From: Octopus vulgaris
Lineage: Eukaryota
Length of the DNA: 64,000 bases
Reading direction: 5' to 3'
Assembly (NCBI GenBank): GCA_951406725.2
Contig: OX597815.1
Coordinates: forward strand, 200,694,001-200,758,000
Part shown: positions 13,613 through 26,930 of the stretch, in pieces
Layout of the letters: each line of letters starts with the position of its first letter
How positions within the stretch are numbered: position 1 is the first letter of the stretch
Translations under genes and position numbers: made by a program
Notes under the pieces: model-generated
What the model saw: the letters and a program-made list of their open reading frames with translations, nothing else
The model's database searches: none
Told to the model about the DNA's origin: nothing

Positions 13613-15805
13613 CTCGCTCCACCACCGCTCATGTCTCTTTGAGGCATTTAGAAATTTAATATTTCTGTATGAGAGTTGTTATCTTGTATCTCAAATCAGC
13701 AAAATTCAGTAGTGAAAGTGTGATCGGTGTGTGTATATAAACACTCTCAAGATTCCTTGGTTTGCCAGTAGATAGCATGGAAACATTGGCATCGTAACTA
13801 CGAACAATAATTAGCTTTCGAGGAAAAGCCTTTTTCTGTGAGTTTCGTAAGCGCTCCGTGAACTCTGAAGTTAACTCCACTAGCCTTCTGCTGAAAATCT
13901 TCCCAATGTGTGACAAACGAAAACACATCTACCTACAAGAAATTTCTTAAGACCTAATATTTGGAACGAAAGTCTGAACATGTTGCTTAGTCTGATTTCC
14001 ATGGCTAAGGCACGATATCGGTTATAAGAATTGAATTTTAAGTGAAGAATATCAAAGGAAATCCGGCTTTAGACTAGCATCGTTGAAGCAGTAGATACCA
14101 GGGAATTAGAACAAGTAAAAACACAGATATATAGATACAGGAATAGAGTGAAGCAAGGGAACAGAATGGAAGTATCTATTGTTTCTCGAACTGTAAACGA
14201 TTTCATTTTTATCAGATTTGATGAGGTTCTGAAGATGAGTCTATACGGGGCCAACATAGATAAGGAAAAGCAAGCCATTGCTGAACTCACCTAAGCTTTG
14301 TAAAATGTTAGGAGTTTAATACCGTTCAACTGAATTTTGTAGAGGTGGGAAGTTAGTTGATTACATCAACCACGAAAGGATGGTAAGCAAAGTCGACCAT
14401 GGCAGATTTTGAAGTCAGAACTTGAAGACTGACGAAGTAATGCTAAGTATTTTGTTCCGCGTGCTATTAATTCCAACACCTCGCCGTCAAGAGTTTGCTT
14501 TTAATAACATATGTATTTGGTCGTTGATCTGAAAGTCGGATAGCGATCGACATTGTAAGGGAATGTTTAGTATAATAACGCATAAAGGAAAATACCATAT
14601 TAGCTTCATGAATTAAATTTTCAGTCTAGATTTATCCCACGCAGCCATAAACGCGACAATGATATATATATATTTATAATTTTCTTGTTTCCCTTGGAAG
14701 CTTTTGGTTTTTTCTTAAATTGTAGCAAAGACTAGAGATTTCTTATTTGGCATGGTTATTTATGATGGAAGAAATTAATTGTTTTTGCTAAATATATTTT
14801 GATAAAAATTTTAGTGATCACCTTGTTCCATGTAAGACAGTAATCATTTCTGGAATATTTACATACTAATCGAGACTACGTCCATTACCTTCAGAAACAA
14901 GTGGCTTGACATGATCATACTGTCTTTTCCAAATGTCTTATTTTGTCTCAGTCACAGAACATAGGCAGTAATTCTTGGATATGATGTTACATTTATCAAT
15001 TGCATTAATTTACAACTAAGAAAAATAAAAAGAATAGAAAAATCCAAACAGCTTTTAATTGCACAACTAACTAATCAAACCATCCTAAATTATGAAAACA
15101 ATTTAAAATAATTTAGAAATACAGCTTTGAGCTTATATGGTATTTATGTTGAATATGTCATTTGTGTGTGTGTGTGTGTGTGTGTGTGTTTATGTGTTAA
15201 TGTATGTATGTTTAAACTTTATTAAAATATTCTCCGGTTGATTGTTAGAGGTAAGTAGTATTCTATAAATTAAGAGAGTTGAATGAATACACAATAAGTA
15301 ATTAGTGTTGATACAGCATGGGTGTGTTTTTGTTTGTTTGTGTGTGTGTATGTGTTGTGTGTGTGTGTGTGTGTGTGTGTCTGTAAAATTAAAACAATTA
15401 TTACAAGTAGCGGTAGTGTGGACATAGTTCTCAAAAGATATTAATTTAGATAGCATGTGGAGAGTTGCTATAGACGAGGAGAAAACAATCTGATTGTCAC
15501 TTCTGTGTACAAGAAGAAACACGAAGATAGATATTTTCTTTTATGCATTTCACGACTAAGAGAAATGGAGAAGGTATTTATATTGTCTGGAATTTGAATA
15601 ACTATAGGCTTCAGTAAAAACTGCATGAATTTCAAAATTATACTGGACTTTTGTTTATTAAGATGATGTAAGTGTATGTATGTTCTAGATATACATACAT
15701 ACACACACACATACATACATACACACATATATATGCATGTATATCTGTATGTAATGTAATATAAAATATGATATAATATTACTTGTGTGCGCACACGCAC
15801 ACACG

Positions 15806-15873
<68 letters not shown>

Positions 15874-15948
15874 TTTATACACACACACATATATATATAT
15901 ATGTACATACATATATAATGTAATATAATATACTGATATTACATATAC

Positions 15949-15993
<45 letters not shown>

Positions 15994-15996
15994 TAT

Positions 15997-16405
15997 TCTT
16001 TTATTCTTTAGGTTTTTCATTCATCTGACTGTGGCCATGCTGGAGCACCGTCTTTTAGGACTTATATTTTGTAAGCCTAGTACTTAATCTATCGGTCTTT
16101 TCTGCTTAAATGCTATGTTACGGAAACTTAAACGTACCAATATCGGTGAGGTGCGGGGAAAAGCAAACAATCAAATACACACTCATACATGCACGCACAC
16201 GCGAGCACACACACACATATATACACACATACACACGTATGTATTTTTAGATATACGATGTGCTTCTATCAATTTCCGTCCACCAAATCTACTTACAAGA
16301 CATTGGTCGCCCCGAGGCTATAGTACAAGACATAAGCCCTAGGAGTGAACTCGGAACCATTTGGTTGGGGATCAATCATCTTACCACATAGCTACTCTTT
16401 CGTCT
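15997..16405 (-). mobile_element. SINE family A (diverged)
   Basis: Colinear with the copies at 18546, 26931 and 40590. Confidence 0.8.
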
Positions 16406-16809
16406 ATGTAGCCATATTTTAAATGATCAATACGGGAGACAGTGAGACCTGAAGGTTTTATTTCGAACGAAAATCAGTTCGGCTTACTTATGCACAACTA
16501 CCTAATGAAATGAAATGTACCCCATATTGGGGTTGTGCATGTCATAAAGCGGTTCAATGTTATAAGCTATATATTTTGCTTAAATGTGTGACATGATATT
16601 CTTTGTTCAAAATACGTGCTAGTAGTTCGCCAATGTAATAATAGAGCAGGTTTCGTTCTGTATATTTAGGGAGTGGTTGTTCAAGAATGCGAAAAATAAA
16701 TGTAAAGAATAGATGGGATATTAAAAATGGTTTTAAATGGAAAGGGTCCAAGGTTGCGCAGGACTTTGTCATGCGTGTCATGCGTGGCAATGTGGTCGAA
16801 AATTTGGTA

Positions 16810-16879
<70 letters not shown>

Positions 16880-16924
16880 CATGTATATACATACACAAAC
16901 ACACACACCCATAGATATATATAC

Positions 16925-17012
<88 letters not shown>

Positions 17013-17629
17013 AAAGTCAAAATGCGATAAAATAAGATTAATTATTATCGCCGGTGATCTAGCACAGGGAATATAGTATTCATATATAAGTACGTTAAAA
17101 GGCGAAGTATGTGCAGATACACAGAAGCTTGATAAATTTAGTGAAATGAAAATAAAAACTTTTACTAACTCGGTTCATCTTATATATATATATATATACT
17201 ATATGTATATTAGCTTATATAGGTACATATGACTATACACATACATGCATATGCATGCACGTACATACGCGTAGAATTATACACATTTACATATATAAAT
17301 GCACGCACACACACACACACTGACACACGCACACACGTATATAGACACCAATTTATATGCCGGAGGATTAGTGTTTGTTATTTAATACACTGTTGAGTTA
17401 CTGCGTGTAGACCATTTACAGCTGTGAGTGTAATAGGTTGTTTCTAGTGTATTTTGTGAATGCGAATACTGGGCGTGTATTATTTATTGCTGCGAGGTTG
17501 CCCGTTGTTTGTATTGTCATGGGCGAATGTATATTCAGATCGTGAGATTTTCAGTCCGATTTAGTTAGGATGCGAGAGTGTTTGGGTGTCTGTGCGTTTC
17601 TACTGTATTGGGTGAATTTCGATGTTTTG

Positions 17630-18125
17630 TTATATATGCAACGTGTACCCTTTCGGATAATTTGTTGTAAGTCTTTCTGTAGTTAGTAAAATGGACAACG
17701 ATTCTTCGGAGTACAACAAACACCTGATGGTAAGCGGGTTGTAGGGTTGTGCATCTTCTATATATATAAACGGCAGTTTGTCTGTCTGTGTGTCTGTGTG
17801 TCTGTCAGGTTGTACCCACACCCTGACCACGGCTTTCAACCGATTCTGATGAAACTTGACACATACATAGCCCAATGTCATAATTCAAAACTAACGCAGC
17901 GAAAAGTTTGAAAATTTCCCCCAGTTCTGAAAATAATTGATAAATTCGACATGGGGTCGAGAATCTAAACTTTTTATATGCATTTTTAATGCATTTGTTT
18001 GCTATGTTTTGGCTATAACTCTCTAAAAATGCTTATATAGTTATTTCCCTTACAAACCCGAGCAACGCCGGGCGATACTGCTAGTGTCATATAATTGGCC
18101 AGGTCAGTTCAAAATTAAAGACAAC
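17630..18125 (-). pseudogene. Decayed PLE GIY-YIG C-terminus interrupted by a Helitron
   Basis: Removing 17754-18084 gives FNFELTWPII*HAQPYNPLTIRCLLYSEESLSILL, similar to FKLRWSIIGSAAPYLNNRAGCQLCCVELLNIL in ORF 22087-23241. Confidence 0.6.
17754..18084 (+). mobile_element. Non-autonomous Helitron
   Basis: 5' TC, 3' CTAG, subterminal hairpin cccgagcaacgccggg, inserted at A|T with no TSD. Confidence 0.85.
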
Positions 18126-18210
18126 CTAGCGTACATACACACATATGCATATATACAAATATATATTTATATATATGTGTGTGCGTAAAGAGTTATATAT
18201 ATATATATAT

Positions 18211-18486
18211 AATAAATATTAGGGAATGAATCCAAAATTACAGGGAAAAATCAGATTTAGGGTTAAATCCAATTTTATAGTAAAATATTATATAATATAA
18301 TTCGAGACAAAACCACTATTTTAAAACCAAACAAGGAAAGACTTAATCAATACATAAAATTTTAATATAAATTAAATAAATTAAATAAATAAATAATTTA
18401 TATTTATTTATATTTAATTTATATTAAAATTTTATGTATTGATTAAGTCTTTCCTTGTTTGGTTTTAAAATAGTGGTTTTGTCTCG

Positions 18487-18494
<8 letters not shown>
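18211..18494 (-). mobile_element. Mini fold-back in (TA)n (84-bp arms, tail on left)
   Basis: Arms 18295-18378 and 18411-18494, unpaired tail 18211-18294. Related to the solo copy at 25657. Confidence 0.75.
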
Positions 18495-18545
<51 letters not shown>

Positions 18546-18547
<2 letters not shown>

Positions 18548-18947
18548 TCTTTACTCTTTTAAATTGCTTCAGTCATTTCACTGCGGCCATGCTAGAGCAC
18601 CGCCTTTAGCCGAGCAAATCGACCCCGGGACTTATTCTTTGTGAGCCCAGAACTTATTCTATCGGTCTCTTTTGCCGAACCGCTATGTGACGCGGACGTA
18701 AACACACCAGCATCGGTTGTCAAGCAATGCTAGGGGGACAAACACAGACACACAAACATATACACACACACACTTATATATATATACATATATACGGCAG
18801 GCTTCTTTCAGTTTCCGTCTACCAAATCCACTTACAAGGCATTGGGGCTATAGCAGAAGACACTTACCCTAGATGCTACGCAGTGGGACTGAACCCGGAA
18901 CCATGTGGTTGGTTAGCAAGCTACTTACCACAAAGCCACTCCTGCGC
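18546..18947 (-). mobile_element. tRNA-derived SINE family A
   Basis: Minus-strand head gcgcaggagtggct..gtggtaag with B-box-like ggttcagtccc, internal CA/TA microsatellite, aaaagagt-type tail. Confidence 0.9.
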
Positions 18948-18979
<32 letters not shown>

Positions 18980-19417
18980 TTTCATGTATGTATGCATGTA
19001 TCTATGTATATATAAAATGTCCTGGATTGAAGCGTATCAGGTACTTACATAGTAAAACAAAAAAGGCTGTGTAGGTTACAACACTATCTTGGACAATTTA
19101 TATCGACACATACCCATTAAAGTAAATACGGGCATGGTCTCCAGTAACGCATATAGTCACAAATGGCTGACTGAATACACAAAGAATCATCAAGGTTGCA
19201 CTGCACCTTCTGCAACCTCATCTATATCTAAGTAGATCTGAAAGAACTGCAGCTTTCAAGTTAGGTGGAGGATAAACAATACGAACAGAGAGATTGTTAT
19301 TCAGTACAGCTTTTTCAGCCGTGTGATTTTTTTTATTGATGAGAAAAAGTGTTACATCATGCAAAAAACGTAACAAAGATTTTTATCTGGTGAATACTAG
19401 AAGAAAACATATGTAAT

Positions 19418-19488
<71 letters not shown>

Positions 19489-19796
19489 CTTTGTGTGTGT
19501 GTGTATATCTATCTATCAATCTATCTATCTATCTATCTAGCAATCTTTCTCTCTCTCTATATATATATATGTATATGTATGTATATATATATGTATATGT
19601 ATATGTAATAATGAAGGGTGAAATTAATTAATTTGGAATAATTATCAATTACACCAAGTAGTCTTCGGCATGTAAAAGTCTCATTCGAGGAAAATTTAAG
19701 TAATACTAAGCAATAAGGGTTCAGCAACGAATTGCCTTACCACATACCGAATTTAGAAATAGCAGTCAAAGGGTTATAGATGTATATGTATATATT

Positions 19797-19882
<86 letters not shown>

Positions 19883-19949
19883 TATAACGGGAAGCTTTAT
19901 GAAAATAAACAAAAGACGAAGGCAGGTGGAAAACAAACGAACAATTATA

Positions 19950-20038
<89 letters not shown>

Positions 20039-20075
20039 GATCAAAATAAAATAAAAACATGATGCGAAGGATTCA

Positions 20076-20153
20076 GCGGTACATATGTTTCGGGCCTTTA
20101 TTAGACAGATTTATAACAAAGCATAACGTATGTCTGTGGCCTTCTTCAGCCGC
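20076..20153 (-). ncRNA. Type I hammerhead ribozyme (left arm)
   Basis: Reverse complement of the motif at 24961-25038. Confidence 0.8.
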
Positions 20154-21873
20154 GCACAACAGCTTCCACAAGGACATGTGTTACATCAAAAATTCTTGGT
20201 TGGGGATGCAAATCCTCTCGTTCACGTACGACATAATGCGGCAGCAGCATAGAATTGAAGCGTCCATCTCTTTCCTCTCTCAATGTAGAATGAGGAAAAT
20301 TGGATGTTGAGGTAATGTAAATAAATAAATACATATATAGAGGTGAAGATGGAGGGGCGAGAGTTCGGGACGAGGGATAAAAAATATATATAAAAAGTGT
20401 AAGTATAGAATAATATAAAAATGTAGAGGATAAAGATATAAAGAGTTGTAAGGAGATGTAAAGGGGGTATAAAGAAATATAAAGAAATATAAATAAATGT
20501 AAAGGCATAAGGTTATAAAGTAAAAATAGAAATAGAAATAAAAGTAAAAAAAGTAAAAGAACATGATAAAAACATGATAAAAGTGTAAAAGAATGTAAAG
20601 ATAAGGGATGTATAGAGGTTACGGACCAAGCATGGTGGTCAGGAGATTGATAAAATTTAGTTGTAGAACTGTCAGTAAATCAACAGTTTTGTCTGGGGAC
20701 TTAATGCGTTGTAAATCAGAGCTGATGAGCATTTAATCTGGTTCCTTGAATTAAATGGACTTCTAGTACATACATGTCATCATGGATACATACACCCACA
20801 TACACGCGTACATATACGTCTCCAAGCCTATAAGCATACACACGCACTCGCGTGTAAACACGTACATAAACACACACGCACCCACACGCACGCGCGTACA
20901 CACACATACATACAACAGAATATCCGCATATATACACGGACATTACGCGCGTACACGCTCACATGTATATACGCGCGCCCATCACTACATACACACACGT
21001 ATATGCCCACGCCTCTAGGTCTAGGTATAAGATATTAAAGGATGTGTATAAGAACGTATGTAAAGAATCCCGTACTCGTGTTAATACGCGCACGCACACA
21101 CGGCTGTGTGTCCGTATGTGCGTGCACATATACACTCATATACACACACAGAGACACACGCGCACATGGGTATAGCTATAAGATATCGAAGTATGCATGT
21201 ACATATATGCGCGTGCATATGTATGTATGCGTATACACACGTACGCGGACGCTCGTATATTCAAAAGGTGGATCCATAGGTAAGTAAATAAACATATATA
21301 GAGGTGTAAAGCGATAAGTTAGGGGTAAGAATGAGGGTAAGGGTAAAGATTAGAAATAAAAAATACAGTATAAAATAAGAAATACAATGTAATAGTTAGA
21401 AATGAAATATAAGAATTATAAAAATTATAAGAGTTAAGGTAAGGGATGAAAATGAAAATGAGAATAAATGGAAGTAGAATAAAAGCAAAAATAAAAATAA
21501 AATTAAAGATAAAAATAAATGGAAGTAGGATAAAAGTAAAAATAAAAGTAAAAATAAAAATAAGAATAAAATAAAATAAGATAAAAATATAAATTTGTAA
21601 AGTTTAACATGAGATGAAGGTGGTTGAAAGCTAGAGGTGTGTGTTAAACGTAGGGGCGGGCGGGGGGAACTGAAAATTGGAAGGGTGGGAAGTGGAGTTT
21701 GGTGGTGTGCGTTCAACATCTGAGTTAGAAATGTGAAAGGGTATAGATATGGGGAATCAAAGAGACTACATAGGGAGGATATGGGTGTAGGAGAAGGAAT
21801 ATTTAGGGAAAAGAAGCCATATATGGGAGACAAAATTTGTATATATAGGGGGAAAATGCAGGGAACCGTATAT

Positions 21874-21928
<55 letters not shown>

Positions 21929-22086
21929 TATATATATATATGTATATGTACACATACTTACACGTATGTGCACATACATACGCACACACACACACATACA
22001 CACGCACATATAGGAAAGCGGGATGTGCTGGAGCCGACAGGTTGCACCGGGTGGGAGGAAATTGCATGGGGGAGTTGGTATAAGAC

Positions 22087-23241
22087 CTAAGCATTGTAGT
22101 ATTTGAAAGTATTAATAAGTTTATGTATACAGGATGGTTTGAACTCTGACCTTTTGTTAATAAGATTGTGTTTGTCTTTGAATTTCAAGATGTTCAGGAG
22201 TTCTACACAGCATAGTTGGCATCCTGCTCTATTATTTAAATAAGGTGCAGCTGATCCGATGATGGACCATCTGAGTTTGAAGCCTATGCATTTGTCTTTT
22301 AATTCCCAAATTCTTTTAGAGAGGGAGGTGCTGTTAGCCTTATGTCTATGTCTCAGCGAGGACCGGTGGTTGTAGTATCTGGATTTCCAGGAGGTTGAGC
22401 AACCAATATAGGTGAGTGTGTTAAACTGAGTACTCACCTCACATGAGTATATTACGTTTTTCGCCCTACATGCGCCCTGCAGCGGGCACTCTGATGCATA
22501 TCTGCAGTTGCATTGCATTGCATTATTCGGTCGTGTGCTGCTAATCCCAGGTGGAGGTGTTGCAATACGAGTGGGGGCGTTGGTATCCTCCTGGTTGTTG
22601 ATGGGTGTAGTATTTCCTCTGTTGTGTTGGCGGGTGTTATTACTAACTGTTTGGGTAGTATGGCTGCCAGTCTGGTTATATTGTCTACTGTCTAGATGAG
22701 GGGGGTTCTGTTGGTCGCTATGGTTTGCTCTTGATCTAGCTGTTCTAATATTAATATAGTTATGTTTAGCTATGAGGCAGCTCATGTTGGGCAGGGTAGA
22801 GTAGGAAATCCTAATAGTTTTGTTGGAGAAGATACTTCTATACTTGTGGGTGGGTGGGAAGTTGTTGGAAATTATAGAGAATATTCTCTTACATAACTTA
22901 CCCCTAACTGCTAGGTTGAAAGGTATGTTGAACCATATATATTTGCGTAATCTACTATTATCCCTTCTATTTCTCCTAATAGGATCTATATTGCTCTCGT
23001 CGGGAGGGTTACTATTGTGTGCTGTTCTATTAGTTCGCCTATTTCCTATACGTTGTTTGGAGTTTGAATTAGACTTATCGGTAGTGTGAGTTGAGTGCTG
23101 AGTTCGATTATAATTGGGAGTCTTATGGCCGAAGGACGCTCCCGGTTGGTCTACATATGATATTCTCTGGTTATACCCTGCACTATAGAGGGCCTGGTTG
23201 TAGTGTTGTGCATGTGTGTGTGTGGGTGTGTGTATGTGCAT
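22087..23241 (-). CDS. 5'-truncated PLE polyprotein: end of RT thumb, linker with CxCx5C, and GIY-YIG endonuclease
   Basis: YNQALYSAGY; RKYIWFNIPF..FPPTHKYRSIF..ISYSTLPN; CNCRYASECPLQGAC; VIY..YIG; RYYNH; CQLC.VE; LINKRSE..CIH. No RT core. The ATG comes from the inverted arm. Confidence 0.88.
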   Translation of the reverse strand: MHIHTPTHTHAQHYNQALYSAGYNQRISYVDQPGASFGHKTPNYNRTQHSTHTTDKSNSNSKQRIGNRRTNRTAHNSNPPDESNIDPIRRNRRDNSRLRKYIWFNIPFNLAVRGKLCKRIFSIISNNFPPTHKYRSIFSNKTIRISYSTLPNMSCLIAKHNYINIRTARSRANHSDQQNPPHLDSRQYNQTGSHTTQTVSNNTRQHNRGNTTPINNQEDTNAPTRIATPPPGISSTRPNNAMQCNCRYASECPLQGACRAKNVIYSCEVSTQFNTLTYIGCSTSWKSRYYNHRSSLRHRHKANSTSLSKRIWELKDKCIGFKLRWSIIGSAAPYLNNRAGCQLCCVELLNILKFKDKHNLINKRSEFKPSCIHKLINTFKYYNA

Positions 23242-24960
23242 ATACGGTTCCCTGCATTTTCCCCCTATATATACAAATTTTGTCTCCCATATATGGCTTC
23301 TTTTCCCTAAATATTCCTTCTCCTACACCCATATCCTCCCTATGTAGTCTCTTTGATTCCCCATATCTATACCCTTTCACATTTCTAACTCAGATGTTGA
23401 ACGCACACCACCAAACTCCACTTCCCACCCTTCCAATTTTCAGTTCCCCCCTGCCCGCCCCTACGTTTAACACACACCTCTAGCTTTCAACCACCTTCAT
23501 CTCATGTTAAACTTTACAAATTTATATTTTTATCTTATTTTATTTTATTCTTATTTTTATTTTTACTTTTATTTTTACTTTTATCCTACTTCCATTTATT
23601 TTTATCTTTAATTTTTATTTTTATTTTTGCTTTTATTCTACTTCCATTTATTCTCATTTTCATTTTCATCCCTTACCTTAACTCTTATAATTTTTATAAT
23701 TCTTATATTTCATTTCTAACTATTACATTGTATTTCTTATTTTATACTGTATTTTTTATTTCTAATCTTTACCCTTACCCTCATTCTTACCCCTAACTTA
23801 TCGCTTTACACCTCTATATATGTTTATTTACTTACCTATGGATCCACCTTTTGAATATACGAGCGTCCGCGTACGTGTGTATACGCATACATACATATGC
23901 ACGCGCATATATGTACATGCATACTTCGATATCTTATAGCTATACCCATGTGCGCGTGTGTCTCTGTGTGTGTATATGAGTGTATATGTGCACGCACATA
24001 CGGACACACAGCCGTGTGTGCGTGCGCATATTAACACGAGTACGGGATTCTTTACATACGTTCTTATACACATCCTTTAATATCTTATACCTAGACCTAG
24101 AGGCGTGGGCATATACGTGTGTGTATGTAGTGATGGGCGCGCGTATATACATGTGAGCGTGTACGCGCGTAATGTCCGTGTATATATGCGGATATTCTGT
24201 TGTATGTATGTGTGTGTACGCGCGTGCGTGTGGGTGCGTGTGTGTTTATGTACGTGTTTACACGCGAGTGCGTGTGTATGCTTATAGGCTTGGAGACGTA
24301 TATGTACGCGTGTATGTGGGTGTATGTATCCATGATGACATGTATGTACTAGAAGTCCATTTAATTCAAGGAACCAGATTAAATGCTCATCAGCTCTGAT
24401 TTACAACGCATTAAGTCCCCAGACAAAACTGTTGATTTACTGACAGTTCTACAACTAAATTTTATCAATCTCCTGACCACCATGCTTGGTCCGTAACCTC
24501 TATACATCCCTTATCTTTACATTCTTTTACACTTTTATCATGTTTTTATCATGTTCTTTTACTTTTTTTACTTTTATTTCTATTTCTATTTTTACTTTAT
24601 AACCTTATGCCTTTACATTTATCTATATTTCTTTATATTTCTTTATACCCCCTTTACATCTCCTTACAACTCTTTATATCTTTATCCTCTACATTTTTAT
24701 ATTATTCTATACTTACAATTTTTATATATATTTTTATCCCTCGTCCCGAACTCTCGCCCCTCCATCTTCACCTCTATATATGTATTTATTTATTTACATT
24801 ACCTCAACATCCAATTTTCCTCATTCTACATTGAGAGAGGAAAGAGATGGACGCTTCAATTCTATGCTGCTGCCGCATTATGTCGTACGTGAACGAGAGG
24901 ATTTGCATCCCCAACCAAGAATTTTTGATGTAACACATGTCCTTGTGGAAGCTGTTGTGC

Positions 24961-25038
24961 GCGGCTGAAGAAGGCCACAGACATACATTATGCTTTGTTA
25001 TAAATCTGTCTAATAAAGGCCCGAAACATATGTACCGC
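24961..25038 (+). ncRNA. Type I hammerhead ribozyme (right arm)
   Basis: GCGG CTGAAGA a-GGCC..GGCC-c GAAA CATAT GTA CCGC. Stem I GCGG/CCGC, intact core, palindromic stem III ACATATGT, GUA triplet. Confidence 0.82.
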
Positions 25039-25234
25039 TGAATCCTTCGCATCATGTTTTTATTTTATTTTGATCAATTTACTCCACCACCTACACCACC
25101 AAACGGTATACACAGGTGCTTATAATTATCAAGTACTCACCCTGAATTTCTATACTCAACTCACCTACGTTGTCACTAGGATCTGATCCCACGTAACCGC
25201 GACAACCTTTAGTACTTGATGAACCCAAGCATGA

Positions 25235-25267
<33 letters not shown>

Positions 25268-25593
25268 TACATATTGGTACTAGCGGCGTAGCTCTGGTTT
25301 AAAATGCCATAGTTCTGTCTATTGTTTTAATTGTTACTAATATGTGACAGAGGACATACAGGTTCATCGCCTTTCGTTGAAGAAATCCATCCAGGATTTA
25401 TTCTTTGTAAGCCTAGTATGTATTCTACCGGAGTGTTTTGTCAAATGACTAAGTTACGGGGACTTAACTCAGCAGCATCGGTTGTCAAGCGTTAGTGATG
25501 TTACACACAGAGATACAGACACTCGCACACACACAGCATATATGTATGCGTATATATATATATATATATATACACACACATACATATACATAT

Positions 25594-25656
<63 letters not shown>

Positions 25657-25666
<10 letters not shown>

Positions 25667-25905
25667 ATTAGAGATAAAACCACTATTAGGCAAATCATAC
25701 AATGAAAAACTTAAGCCAATACATAAGATTAATTAATTTATATTATTTAAATATATATGAAAATTATTAAAAAAGATAATTAATTATATTTTTTTTAAAT
25801 CTACGTACATTTTGTGGCTATAACTTCAATTCAAATTACAATTAAATTTGAATTCAATCCAAAAACAATTCAATTTAAAATTATAGTCACTCCTCAGGTC
25901 AAAAA
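25657..25905 (-). mobile_element. Solo PLE pseudo-LTR-like fragment with decayed HHR
   Basis: Left end resembles the 18295 arm. The minus strand reads CTGAGGA-GTGACTATAA..TTATAGCCAC-AAAATGTACGTA, consistent with CpG-decayed GAAACGTACGTA. Confidence 0.55.
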
Positions 25906-26930
25906 TAATAACAATAATAGATAAATAAATACATATTTGTAATAAATAATCAAACAATATTTCTGAAAGAAATAAAAACATGATTCTTCTTATAGATGAA
26001 ATTCCGTTAAGTAAATTTGAAGCTTAAAATGTAGGACCATTTATCACGTTAAAAATCTGAGGTAAAAATAGAGTACATAGATAGAAAAATTCATTCTATC
26101 TGTGAAGATATATTTTAGCTTTGAGAATAATTTTAACGAAGTATAGTATGTCTTTACTGGAAATATATAAGAGTCCAATTAATTAAATTAAAAATGCTTA
26201 GAAGAAATCTAAAAAGAAACCCATGTAATTATTGCTCTCACTTCGTTAGTATGATTAAAACAAGTGAATTGGCAGCCTCACTATGTTGATATAATTCGAC
26301 CGCTAATACAAACCAGCCGTCATTCGAAACGGTGCTGACGATATTTCTTTCGATGCGCCGTTGAATAAAATTTGTATCAATATGGTCACAAATATTTCAA
26401 GTATTAAGATAAGCCGCTCTAAATTTCGAATGTAATACATCATATTTTAAGGCCAAAATTACTTCAGAAAGCCCAGAATGTAAACAAAATTTTTATTTCA
26501 GCAGTGCAAAATAAAAGAATTAATGAAACCGGGTTAGTGTTACATTATTTAGAATTACTGAAGGAATACATTAAAATGCTCGGGAATGCTTGTTGTTAGC
26601 CTAGTTCGTCATTACAAATGAAGTGCGAATCTGCTTTGCGATCAGGAGGCTACAGTGATACTCTCGCCTCCTTACCAGGCAGATTGTCGAGGGCAACATG
26701 AAAGGAAAAATCCTTCCATCAACTCATGTTGTTTCCCAGACTTTTTCCACTTCGAACATACTGTAGTGAAATTCACTGAGATCGTAACAGACTGTGTCAT
26801 CTATTCTAAAATAAAGGCAAAATATTTCCCATGTAGAAATCTCAGTGGAAACAGCTTAACAATGATAGAGAAAACCAACAAACCTTGAACATATAATGTG
26901 AAAAGTTAATATTTCTTACATAATTTTAGG

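Larger units (their letters stand above)
20035..25233. mobile_element. Penelope-like element insertion with long inverted pseudo-LTR arms (fold-back), in (TA)n
   Basis: Arms 20035-~21900 and ~23213-25079 are near-identical reverse complements, with mirrored ORF-track entries. They enclose a GIY-YIG ORF. A tail at 25080-25233 is present only after the right arm. (TA)n flanks. Confidence 0.93.

Noticed and set aside
13656-14290. Possible host exons (AG-preceded open frames)
   Set aside because: No recognisable protein and no consistent exon chain; a VKQG-like motif hints at a decayed LINE RT instead.
20715-20765. CTGATGA followed by a hairpin (catttaat..attaaatg) in the left arm
   Set aside because: No GAAA follows the stem and it is antisense to the element, so it is not called as a hammerhead.
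21319-21350. Telomere-like ttagggg/taaggg repeats in the PLE arm
   Set aside because: Short, irregular and part of a purine-rich low-complexity tract.
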